From: an uncultured Methanosarcinales archaeon
GTDB lineage: Archaea; Nanobdellota; Nanobdellia; Woesearchaeales; CAXGTL01
Length of the DNA: 64,000 nucleotides
Reading direction: 5' to 3'
Assembly (NCBI GenBank): GCA_964535955.1
Contig: CAZHVK010000001.1
Span: 115,542-179,541 of the forward strand
Made by a program: the position numbers and the translations under genes. Shown here piece after piece: positions 28,974 to 37,373 of this stretch (position 1 is its first letter; every line of letters starts with the position of its first letter). The notes under the pieces are model-generated. The model did no database searches. It saw only the letters and a list, made by a program, of their open reading frames with translations, and was not told the origin of the DNA.

Positions 28974-30956
28974 TTACTCCATAATGCTTTCTTCTAAAGC
29001 TTTGTAAGCTTCTTCACATTCATTGATTAATTCTTTGTTGTCTGCTTTTTTCTGTTCTAGTTCAGTGCTTACTTGTTGTAGTTCTACTGTTGTTTCTCCA
29101 AGTTCTGTTTCTACTTCCTCTGTTCTTTTTTCAAGTTCTTGTAAACTAATCTTTCCTTGGTCATACAATCTTCTATTTTTGTCTCTTTCTTTTCTTAATG
29201 TAGTTGTTTGTTTTTCAAGTGTTTGTTTTGCTCCTTGGAGTTCGCCTACATTTGCTGCTAATTGTTTTTCTTGTTCTTTTAGTGCATCTATGTCAGTTTG
29301 TAAAACATCAATTTTTTCTTCTTGTGTTTTCTGAATACCTTCAACTCCAGTTCCAACTTTAGTAACAGCAGTACCAACACCTGCAACCTTAGTACCTACA
29401 CCCTCAACCTTAGTACCTACACCAGAAACTGCAGTAGAAACTTTTCCTGTTTCTGTTGTTACAGTTGTTACAACTTTTTCTTGAACATTTTTTTGTCCTT
29501 GTGCTAGTTCTGTTTTTGTTTTTCCTAATGAACTTAAGAAACTAGGACCATAGATTATACCAGCAGTCAATAGTACTCCTGATAGAACCAAACCTGCTCT
29601 TCCAAAATACTTAACAATTGTGCTATTTTCTTTAACTTCTCCAACAACTTTTTCCTCAGAATCAATAACTTGTTCTTTTGTTTCTTCTTCCTGGACAGAA
29701 ACTTCACCAAGTACATTTACTAATCCACCAAGATCTTCTAAACCATTAAGTCTAGCTTGTTTGAATTCTTTTTCTCTTTGTTTGCCTTGTTTTTCTTTTT
29801 TTACTTGTTCTGTTTCTTCTTGTCCATCATATTCTAATAAATTTTGATTAAGTGCAGTTATCTGTTCAATTAATAATTGCTTTTTTTGGACATAATTCAT
29901 ATTAATTGTAGCTAATCTTCCAAACCTATCTTCTAAAACTTCTAAATTCTGATGTGTTCTTATCTTGTGTTTATCTTGTTCAAAATATTCAACTCCATCT
30001 TTACTTGTACTGTTTTGTGGAAGATTTTTTGCGATTAGCTTTAATCTGTCATCAAACTTATATTTTGATGTTTTAAATGCATCAATCATGTGTTTGATTG
30101 GATCTTTTTTAATCTCCTTAACCATTTTCTTTGTTATCTCTTGGCCAGGATTCAAGATCTCTGCAACAGACATTACTAATGCTTCTGCTTTTTCTGGGTT
30201 ATCCTTTTTAAGTTCTTTGAATTTATCTTCAAGTCTTTGTGTTTCATCTGTTTTAAATCCATCATAAACCTTAACATATGTTTTATTAAGATTGTCTTCA
30301 TATAATCCAGAGAAATCTGTTCGAAGATCATCAATTGTTTTATCTCTTTCCATTATATCAACAAGACCTGGCTTATTCATTGGATCTTTTTCATCACCAA
30401 GATAAACAGTTAGATCACTTGCTAATTTGCTTAATCCTTTGTCTTTATATAATTGTGCATAATCACTTACTAGATCATTAACACCTTCTGTATATCCATT
30501 TTCTTTTCTATAAAGAAGTAATGATACTGCTGTTCTTAATCCTGTTTCATCTTTTCCAATGCCTTTAAATTTACTCGCTAAGAATTTAAGTGCTTTATAC
30601 CAAGGATCTGTTTTAAGTGTTTTTAATATTGTTTCATTATCAGCACTTTCACAAAGTTTTTTTCTTTTTTCCATGTCTATAAAATTTTCTTCTGGAAAAT
30701 ATTGCATGCTAATTGCATTTGCAACTTGTTTTTGAATAACTTCATCAACATTTGCATCTTTGTACAAAGCTTTTGCAAATAATTCATTGAATCTGATTCT
30801 GTCGTATGGTTCTCTTTCTGGTGTGCCCAAACCTTGTGCTACTTTTCTTTGTGTATCTTTATCTGTGTTTTTTAATATTTTTAAAATTTTGTCTGCTTCA
30901 CTAGAAGCATATTTTGTTTTCTTCTTTCCTAATCCTAACATATTAATCCCTCCCAC
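28974..30956 (-). CDS. Membrane-anchored coiled-coil protein with N-terminal annexin-like repeat(s), a (VGTKV)-type G/V/T repeat and a C-terminal coiled coil
   Basis: KGIGKDETGLRTAVSLLLYRKEN...DYAQLYKDKGLSKLASDLTVYLGDE matches the annexin repeat pattern (KGxGTDE..L..IL..R ... Y..lY...L...I..e..Gd). GLGTPE is also present near the N-terminus. A TM helix is VLSGVLLTAGIIY. A heptad-rich tail follows. Confidence 0.45.
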   Translation of the reverse strand: MGGINMLGLGKKKTKYASSEADKILKILKNTDKDTQRKVAQGLGTPEREPYDRIRFNELFAKALYKDANVDEVIQKQVANAISMQYFPEENFIDMEKRKKLCESADNETILKTLKTDPWYKALKFLASKFKGIGKDETGLRTAVSLLLYRKENGYTEGVNDLVSDYAQLYKDKGLSKLASDLTVYLGDEKDPMNKPGLVDIMERDKTIDDLRTDFSGLYEDNLNKTYVKVYDGFKTDETQRLEDKFKELKKDNPEKAEALVMSVAEILNPGQEITKKMVKEIKKDPIKHMIDAFKTSKYKFDDRLKLIAKNLPQNSTSKDGVEYFEQDKHKIRTHQNLEVLEDRFGRLATINMNYVQKKQLLIEQITALNQNLLEYDGQEETEQVKKEKQGKQREKEFKQARLNGLEDLGGLVNVLGEVSVQEEETKEQVIDSEEKVVGEVKENSTIVKYFGRAGLVLSGVLLTAGIIYGPSFLSSLGKTKTELAQGQKNVQEKVVTTVTTETGKVSTAVSGVGTKVEGVGTKVAGVGTAVTKVGTGVEGIQKTQEEKIDVLQTDIDALKEQEKQLAANVGELQGAKQTLEKQTTTLRKERDKNRRLYDQGKISLQELEKRTEEVETELGETTVELQQVSTELEQKKADNKELINECEEAYKALEESIME

Positions 30957-31206
30957 TATAATTATTTATTATTTATTCAGTCTTTAGACTAAACCTAAAT
31001 ATTGTCTAACACCTATTTTGTAGAATACTAATATTACAATATCATATGGGAATATGTACTAGTTTATAAATATTTCTATATTCACTACTGGCCAATAAAG
31101 ATAAAAATCTTGAAATATAGGCAAATTTATAAATATAACATACACATACTATATAGTATAGGTATTAATTAGATGTTTGGAATAAATATATGTAGGGGTT
31201 GAGTTA

Positions 31207-31343
31207 AAGGAGGAAGACAAAAATGATGCCAGGAATGAATATAAACAAACTTTTACAAAGTTTGATCAAAGGTAGTGAGGCATTACGCTTTGCTTCAGCC
31301 ACACAAGGAGGAAGACAAAAATGATGCCAGGAATGAATATAAA
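31207..31343. repeat. Direct duplication of a 39-nt translation-initiation segment (AAGGAGGAAGACAAAAATGATGCCAGGAATGAATATAAA) at 31207-31245 and 31305-31343
   Basis: The two 39-nt copies are exactly identical and lie 98 nt apart. Confidence 0.9.
31223..31324 (+). CDS. Putative 33-codon upstream ORF (MMPGMNINKLLQSLIKGSEALRFASATQGGRQK). It shares its first 7 codons with NAC, and its TGA stop overlaps the NAC ATG (ATGA)
   Basis: Created by the duplicated SD-plus-start segment. It has the same strong SD (AAGGAGG) as the downstream gene. Confidence 0.3.
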   Translation: MMPGMNINKLLQSLIKGSEALRFASATQGGRQK

Positions 31344-31665
31344 TCCACGTATGATGAAGCAAGCTATGAAAAAGATGGGTATGAAGCAAGAAGAAGTTGA
31401 TGCTAAAGAAGTTATCATAAAATTAGAAGATAAAGAATTAGTATTTCATAATCCAAGTGTGAGTAAAGTGAATGTTATGGGGCAGGAATCGTACCAAGTT
31501 TCAGGTGATTTTGAGGAACGTGGTTTAGATACAAAAGCTGAAATTAATGAAGATGATATAAAGGTTGTTATAGAACAATGTGGTTGTAGTGAAGAAGATG
31601 CTGAGAATGCAATTAAAGAAGCTGAAGGTGATCTTGCTAAAGCAATTATGAGCCTAAAAGGATGA
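31321..31665 (+). CDS. nac: Nascent polypeptide-associated complex protein (archaeal NAC alpha)
   Basis: Typical archaeal NAC N-terminus MMPGMNINPRMMKQAMKKMGM, the NAC domain, and a C-terminal UBA-like tail (EEDAENAIKEAEGDLAKAIMSL). Confidence 0.85.
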   Translation: MMPGMNINPRMMKQAMKKMGMKQEEVDAKEVIIKLEDKELVFHNPSVSKVNVMGQESYQVSGDFEERGLDTKAEINEDDIKVVIEQCGCSEEDAENAIKEAEGDLAKAIMSLKG

Positions 31666-31710
31666 TAAGTAAAGAAAAGAAAATAAAGATTAAATAAAAA
31701 AATAAAGATA

Positions 31711-32226
31711 ATGGAACAACATAATTTGTCAAAAGAAGAAGCAAAAAAGTATCTTAAGTCTGCTGATAGAATCTTGTTTACTACTTATCCCTTGGTTAAT
31801 GATCCTAAGTTACTACTAAAAGTTATGGATAATATCTTTTTAGGCATTACAAAAACAATTGCTGCATTGCTTTATTATGAAAAGATGAAAAATAGAGTTC
31901 CAGAATTCAAAGATACTTTTGACTCAAAAATGGATATATTCAGAAGAAAATGTCTGCTGCACTATAACTTAGATCCAAATTATGTTAAATTTATTTTGGA
32001 TGTGAAAGGAATAATAGTACAACATAGGAAAAGTCCTGTCGAATTTGTTAAAAATGATAAATTTGTCATATGTTCGAATGATTATAACATGAAGTCAATT
32101 AGTTATGAAGATGTGAAAATCTTCTTAAAAAAAGCAAAAGTTTTTTATGGTAGAATAGAAAATATATTATTAAAAGACAAAAAAACAATAAAAAAGAGTA
32201 TTATTAGAGGTATGCAATATGATTGA
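31711..32226 (+). CDS. Hypothetical protein
   Basis: ORF with coding-like composition. No recognisable motif. Confidence 0.35.
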   Translation: MEQHNLSKEEAKKYLKSADRILFTTYPLVNDPKLLLKVMDNIFLGITKTIAALLYYEKMKNRVPEFKDTFDSKMDIFRRKCLLHYNLDPNYVKFILDVKGIIVQHRKSPVEFVKNDKFVICSNDYNMKSISYEDVKIFLKKAKVFYGRIENILLKDKKTIKKSIIRGMQYD

Positions 32227-32713
32227 ATCATTTTCAGATGCAAATGAAGAACTAAAAAGAGTAGATCACATGATCTTTGTTAGTTTAAAATATACAAGGA
32301 CCATGGATGTAATTGTTAATATAATAAGGAGAATGATTAATTGTACCGATTCTTTGATTTCTCTTTATCTTAAATATGCAGAAGAAAATAATATGTTAGA
32401 TGAAAAGATTCCTAAAAATAAAGCATTAAAAGCTGAGTTATTGAAAAATACTTTTTCTCAAGATAAAAAAATAATAGAAATGACTGATTTTTATATGTGG
32501 CTAAGAAAAATATTAAGGGCTAAACATGATAAAGTTAAAGAGTTTAAAAGGCATGTGGCTTTAGTGACTCAAATCAAACACAATAATCAAATAGAAGAAA
32601 TACAAATAGGTATAGACCAATTAGAAGAATTATATATCACAAAATTAAAACAATATATGAAAATGGCAAGTGAGTTGATAAAAAATGGTTCAAAAAAAGA
32701 GGAAAAAAAATAA
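32219..32713 (+). CDS. Hypothetical protein (alpha-helical, K-rich C-terminus)
   Basis: The ORF overlaps the upstream gene by 8 nt, which is an operon-like arrangement. Confidence 0.35.
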   Translation: MIESFSDANEELKRVDHMIFVSLKYTRTMDVIVNIIRRMINCTDSLISLYLKYAEENNMLDEKIPKNKALKAELLKNTFSQDKKIIEMTDFYMWLRKILRAKHDKVKEFKRHVALVTQIKHNNQIEEIQIGIDQLEELYITKLKQYMKMASELIKNGSKKEEKK

Positions 32714-33224
32714 ATCAAAAAAAATAAGAACAAAGAAAAAGGCTAAAAAAATAAAAACAAAGATAGTAAAGATGAATAAACCTTTTAAAGTCAAAAGTGA
32801 TTTTAAAGTAAAACTTAAGACAACACCATTAAAACAATATAAACAACAAGCAAATAAAGTAACTTACTGGTGTGCTCTTGTTGTAATAACTACATGTAAT
32901 TTGTTAGCAGCAATGTTCTTGGTTCCATTCTTGATGTTATTATCACAATGGCCTATGTATATCTTAGTTGTATCTATTGCATTGGTGTTTGGTTTGTTGT
33001 TTAATCTGATAATAAGAGATATTGATATTGAAAAGAGTCACCATGTGTTAGCTGTTGTATTTATTCCAATAGTTACAATTATTAATTTGTTTTTGATGAC
33101 AGTCATTGCTAATAAGATGGATATTGTTTTGAGTTTGGGTATTAGACATAATCCATTTGTGATAAGTTTATTGTATGCAGTAGTGTTTTTATTGCCTTAT
33201 GCATGGAGTATGAGGAAAAAGTAG
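32685..33224 (+). CDS. Hypothetical small membrane protein (K-rich N-terminus followed by about 4 TM helices)
   Basis: Hydrophobic segments such as VTYWCALVVITTCNLLAAMFLVPFLMLL. The true start may be internal (MNKPFKV). Confidence 0.35.
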   Translation: MVQKKRKKNKSKKIRTKKKAKKIKTKIVKMNKPFKVKSDFKVKLKTTPLKQYKQQANKVTYWCALVVITTCNLLAAMFLVPFLMLLSQWPMYILVVSIALVFGLLFNLIIRDIDIEKSHHVLAVVFIPIVTIINLFLMTVIANKMDIVLSLGIRHNPFVISLLYAVVFLLPYAWSMRKK

Positions 33225-33315
33225 AAGGAGTAGTGAACTCACAAACTTCTGCCTAACTAACAAGAGTGGGTGGAGGGGAAGTGGGTTTGGTGGGTTATAA
33301 TAGTAACAATCACAT

Positions 33316-33482
33316 GGCGGCAATGGTGTAGCCTGGGACCTTGCCTTTGACCTTATCTAAGGTATTGGTGGGTAACAGCACAGGGGACTGTGGACTATCA
33401 TTGGATAGATATCCCCTAGGCCGAGTTCAAAATAAATAATCAGATAATGAAGATTAATATGAAAGTCTCGGTTGCCGCCCCA
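33316..33482 (+). tRNA. tRNA-His (anticodon GTG) carrying three putative introns (D-loop about 33339-33377; canonical 37/38 at 33394-33410; T-loop 59/60 at about 33432-33465). G-1 and CCA are genomically encoded
   Basis: Spliced exons give a 74-nt cloverleaf. Acceptor is GCGGCAA/TTGCCGC with the His-specific G-1 (33316) opposite discriminator C73. U8 is present. D-stem is GTGT/GCAC with loop AGCCTGGGA. Anticodon stem is GGGGA/TCCCC with loop CTGTGGA (U33, GUG, G37). T-stem is CCGAG/CTCGG with the canonical T-loop TTCAAAT. The 3' end is CCA followed by a T-run. A TTATAATA TATA-like box lies upstream. Intron boundaries are approximate. Confidence 0.7.
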
Positions 33483-33502
33483 TTTTTTAAAATTTAGTTT
33501 TT

Positions 33503-33922
33503 GTGAAAATGCAAATAACAATCAGTATTAATACAAAAGAAAAACAGCAGTTTGTTGATGTTACTTCTCATGTTCAGAAATTTGTTGAAGATTCTAAAAT
33601 AGATGCAGGAATCTGTCATGTTTTTACACCGCATGCAACAGCTGCGATAGGTGTTAATGAAAATGCTGATCCAAATATTGCCTCTGACTTTTTTGTGGCT
33701 TTGAACAAGATGATTATTCCTAATGATAATTATCTGCATGATAAAATAGATAATAATGCTGCTGCTCATATTGCAGCAATTATTATAGGGCCTAGTGAGA
33801 CTTTTCCTGTAAAAGATGGGAAATTAGTGCTAGGAACATGGCAAAATGTGTTTTTAATTGAATTAGATGGTGGAAGAAAAAGAAAAGTTATTATTGATTT
33901 GATTAAAGGGCAAGTGAAATAG
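33503..33922 (+). CDS. YjbQ/UPF0047-family protein (secondary thiamine-phosphate synthase-like)
   Basis: The family pattern runs full length (VDVTSHVQKFV...GICHVFTPHATAAIGVNENADP...NAAAHIAA.IIGPSETFPV.DGKLVLGTWQ.VFL.ELDG). Confidence 0.8.
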   Translation: MKMQITISINTKEKQQFVDVTSHVQKFVEDSKIDAGICHVFTPHATAAIGVNENADPNIASDFFVALNKMIIPNDNYLHDKIDNNAAAHIAAIIIGPSETFPVKDGKLVLGTWQNVFLIELDGGRKRKVIIDLIKGQVK

Positions 33923-33927
33923 AGTGG

Positions 33928-34416
33928 GTGAAATATATGACAACATGCAATATGTGTGGTTTGAATGCTGAAATGCTATATGTTATTTCCTTAGAAGGAA
34001 GTGATTTGAAAGTATGTAAAGGTTGTAGTTCTTATGGAAAAATTAAAACAATTATTGAACCTGTTGTTAAAGAAAAAAAGAAAAAAAAACTGGAAAAAGA
34101 AAGATTTGAAAAACCAGAAATAGAACTAATTCAAATGGTTGTTTCTAATTATAGTGTACTTGTTAAAAATGCTAGAGAAAGAAAAGGGTTGAAACAAAAG
34201 GAAATTGCAAAACTAATAAATGAAAAAGAATCTGTTATTCATAAGATAGAATCTGGAAATCTAAAACCTTCAATTAAGCTTGCAGAGAAATTAGAAAGAT
34301 TTTTTAGAATTAAACTAATTGAACAGCATGAAGAGATTCATGCTTCAAAAACTAAAAAAGCTGAAGCAGGAGAAGGATTGACAATAGGAGATATGATCAA
34401 GATTAAGAAAAAGTAA
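33928..34416 (+). CDS. mbf1: Archaeal multiprotein-bridging factor 1 (aMBF1): N-terminal zinc ribbon plus C-terminal XRE-type HTH
   Basis: Zinc ribbon CNMCG...CKGCSSYGK. HTH ARERKGLKQKEIAKLINEKESVIHKIESGN. Confidence 0.8.
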   Translation: MKYMTTCNMCGLNAEMLYVISLEGSDLKVCKGCSSYGKIKTIIEPVVKEKKKKKLEKERFEKPEIELIQMVVSNYSVLVKNARERKGLKQKEIAKLINEKESVIHKIESGNLKPSIKLAEKLERFFRIKLIEQHEEIHASKTKKAEAGEGLTIGDMIKIKKK

Positions 34417-34479
34417 ATAATTAGTGTTTTTGTTTATGTTGATTTTTGTTTGTTCTTATTGTGTGTTTTGTGCTTTTGT

Positions 34480-35205
34480 TTATTGTTTTTCTTCTCCACA
34501 TTCTTCATTATCTATTTGTAGTTTGTTTTGTTCTATTAATCTATTGACTAAACCTTGAATTTGATCATAAGATTGAACATCTTCTAGTTTTATTTCCTCA
34601 TCCACCAAGATTGTTGGTGTTTCTTCTATTTCAAATTGTTTTATAAAAATATTAATCATAGAAACATTCATATCTATTGGCAAAGGTATTAACATAACTT
34701 GGTGCCCATAATCTTCTTTGATTTCTCTTAAAATGTCTGATTGTGTGAATTGTTTTTGTTTTTCTTCTATGTCAGGCTCATTCCTAAAAAAATAAACAAG
34801 ATTAATATAATCTGGATTGCACTTTTCTTTTAAGACCATGTTGTTAAGCCAAAACTGCGTCTTTAGTAAAGCATGTCTTTTTTTTTCAAATGTCATTTCA
34901 CCTGTTAAAGCATTTGAATCCTCATAAGAGTCTATTTTTTTACCTAGTTCATATATTTCATCTGAAAATATTATGTTTTCTTTTATTGCGAGACCACACT
35001 CTTCTTGTTCTATGTTTTGATAATACATGCTTTGGATTCTTGCATCCTGCCATTGAAGTTCTATATCCTGGTATCTTTCTTCAATAGAAGAAATTCTTTG
35101 CTCCTCTAAAATATAACCCAATAAAATACCTAACATAAAAATTACTAAAGTGTATATGGCAGCTTTGATGAATATTGGTTTATAATTTTTTGTCATTGTT
35201 CTCAC
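34480..35205 (-). CDS. Hypothetical membrane-anchored extracytoplasmic protein, the first gene of the second GT cluster
   Basis: Single N-terminal TM (AAIYTLVIFMLGILLGYIL). No recognisable domain. Confidence 0.4.
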   Translation of the reverse strand: MRTMTKNYKPIFIKAAIYTLVIFMLGILLGYILEEQRISSIEERYQDIELQWQDARIQSMYYQNIEQEECGLAIKENIIFSDEIYELGKKIDSYEDSNALTGEMTFEKKRHALLKTQFWLNNMVLKEKCNPDYINLVYFFRNEPDIEEKQKQFTQSDILREIKEDYGHQVMLIPLPIDMNVSMINIFIKQFEIEETPTILVDEEIKLEDVQSYDQIQGLVNRLIEQNKLQIDNEECGEEKQ

Positions 35206-36443
35206 CAGGTTATGTCTCTAATTATTATTTTGTAAATTGAATGAATCAATAAAATTGGGAAAAGTGCAACATATATAAAAAGATATAGAAAAAAGCTCAT
35301 GCTTATTACAGGAATCTTTGTATGAACCTTCATTGTCTTTAGTGCGTAATAAAGTGTTATAATAACAATTATTAAAAATACAATTGCAAAAAAAGTAAAA
35401 CTATTAGGCAAGATTACAAACTCACCAAAATAAAAAGGATTATTCTGTGTGATTATTGAATTTTTTGTTAAAAAATAAATTGATACAAATTTCATAGAAA
35501 ACATATAAACTATTACTGAAAGGCCCATTAGACTTAAGATTAATGACCCTAAAAAAAAAGGAGCTACAAACATTCCCATCATACCATATATTCTTCTAAA
35601 AATTAAATCTCTATGTTTATATGCTGTTTGCAAACCACCAATATCCCACCTAATTCTTTGGTTCCACCATTTTTTTATTGTCTTTGGAACAATTGTAAAA
35701 GATCTTGCACTTAAACACATCTTGATATCATAACCTTTTTTTAACAAACGCCATGCTATCTCAATATCTTCAGTGATATTGCTTGAATCAAAACCTCCAG
35801 AAGCCAGAAAAGTTGTTTTTCTGTACATACTAAGTCCACCAGGAGTAACATAGACGCTACTAATATATTGTAATAATTTTCTTCCCCACGCAATTAAAGT
35901 ATATTCTATTGCTTGAAGCTTTTCTAAAATGTTTTTTGGACTTTTAACTAATACTGATGCTGTAACAGCTGCCACAGTTGGGTCTTCAAAATAAGGTATC
36001 ATCTTTAAAAAAGCATTTTTATCTACATAAGAATCTGCATCAATTACTGCTAAAATATTACCTTTTGCAATCTTTGCTGTTTGATTAAGAGAATCTGCTT
36101 TACCACTATTCTTCTTTGAAATTATTTTTAGATTTGTTATTTTTTTTTGATCTTTAAATTTTTGTATTCTTTTTAAAGTGTCGTCTGTTGAACCATCATC
36201 AATGGCAATTACTTCTAATTTATTTTTAGGGTAATTACATGAAAGAATGTTTTTGATTGTCCCTACTATTGTATCTTGTTCATTATAGGCAGTTGTAAGT
36301 GTTGTGATTTTTAGAAATGTTTTTTTGGCAACAGGATCGTCGAATAATTGATCTTTTCTTTGGAAAAATAAAATTAAAAATATAAAAGAAAGATATAATG
36401 ATACTAATATGAAAAATAAATATATAATTGTAATTATTTCCAT
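35202..36443 (-). CDS. Processive family-2 glycosyltransferase (cellulose/chitin synthase-like) with C-terminal TM helices
   Basis: DXD motifs (AIDDGSTDDT, VIDADS) and the Q-x-x-R-W motif (WNQRIRWDIGG). N-terminal TM plus four or more C-terminal TM helices. Confidence 0.75.
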   Translation of the reverse strand: MEIITIIYLFFILVSLYLSFIFLILFFQRKDQLFDDPVAKKTFLKITTLTTAYNEQDTIVGTIKNILSCNYPKNKLEVIAIDDGSTDDTLKRIQKFKDQKKITNLKIISKKNSGKADSLNQTAKIAKGNILAVIDADSYVDKNAFLKMIPYFEDPTVAAVTASVLVKSPKNILEKLQAIEYTLIAWGRKLLQYISSVYVTPGGLSMYRKTTFLASGGFDSSNITEDIEIAWRLLKKGYDIKMCLSARSFTIVPKTIKKWWNQRIRWDIGGLQTAYKHRDLIFRRIYGMMGMFVAPFFLGSLILSLMGLSVIVYMFSMKFVSIYFLTKNSIITQNNPFYFGEFVILPNSFTFFAIVFLIIVIITLYYALKTMKVHTKIPVISMSFFLYLFIYVALFPILLIHSIYKIIIRDITW

Positions 36444-36659
36444 GTTATCAACCTGTTTTTATTGAAAATGTATATTATTTATGATGGAAGTATTCATGAC
36501 ATATAAACTTTGTTACATAAATCTATATAAGGTGTTTTGTTTTCATAAGTATAAAATATAGAGGATTAGGGACATTAAATTATAGAGTTTGCAAAATAGA
36601 TATTAGAATGAATGTTATTTAAAAGGAAATTATTAAAATAAATATTATAAGGTGATTAA

Positions 36660-37373
36660 TTGATATCAATAATTATTCCAACATTAAATGAAGAAAGATT
36701 TATCCAAAGATTATTAGAATCAATAAAGAAACAGAGTTTTAAAAAATTCGAAGTTGTAGTTGTTGATTCAAGTGATAATAACAAAACTATCAATATTGTA
36801 AAAAAATACTCAAAATTCTTTAAATTGAAGATAATTAAATCAAAAAAAAACACTTCTTTTCAAAGAAATATAGGAGCTAAAAAATCATTGTATGACCTGC
36901 TTGTATTTGTAGATGCTGATTCTATTTTAAAAAAGAATGTTATTAAGAATATTGTAAAAGAGGTAAAATATAAAAAAATAAGTTCTGGAGCAGCATATAC
37001 TTACGCTTTAAGTAACAAGATTTTATATAAATTATATTATTTTATATTTAGAATCTATACAACTATTTTTTACAGACTTGATGGAGTAAATGGGGGCTTA
37101 ATTTTCTGCGAGAAATCAATTCATAATAAGGTTGGAGGATTTGATGAATCAATAGTACTTGCAGAGGATTATGAATATACAAAGAAATTAATCAGAAACT
37201 CAAAATTCAAATTAATGAATAATCTAGTGGTAAAAACATCAATAAGAAGATTTGATCATGAAGGTAAATTAGTTTTACCAATTAAATTGATTGCAGCAGG
37301 ATTATATAGAATACTTTTTGGAGACATAAAAAATGACATATTTAGATACAAATTTGGAATGTTTAATAAATAA
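36660..37373 (+). CDS. Glycosyltransferase family 2
   Basis: IIIPTLNEE...VVVVDSSDNNKT...FVDADS GT2 motifs. The track start is a TTG preceded by a GGTGA SD. Confidence 0.7.
   Translation: MISIIIPTLNEERFIQRLLESIKKQSFKKFEVVVVDSSDNNKTINIVKKYSKFFKLKIIKSKKNTSFQRNIGAKKSLYDLLVFVDADSILKKNVIKNIVKEVKYKKISSGAAYTYALSNKILYKLYYFIFRIYTTIFYRLDGVNGGLIFCEKSIHNKVGGFDESIVLAEDYEYTKKLIRNSKFKLMNNLVVKTSIRRFDHEGKLVLPIKLIAAGLYRILFGDIKNDIFRYKFGMFNK

Noticed and set aside
31204-31389. 61-aa minus-strand ORF across the NAC start region
   Set aside because: It is antisense to the NAC 5' end and the duplicated SD segment. The NAC gene and uORF explain the region.
33230-33480. GC-rich island considered as SRP (7S) RNA or RNase P RNA
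   Set aside because: It has no recognisable SRP helix-8 (GGAA/AGCA symmetric loop) or RNase P P4 motifs. The sequence resolves cleanly into a tRNA-His cloverleaf once three insertions are removed.
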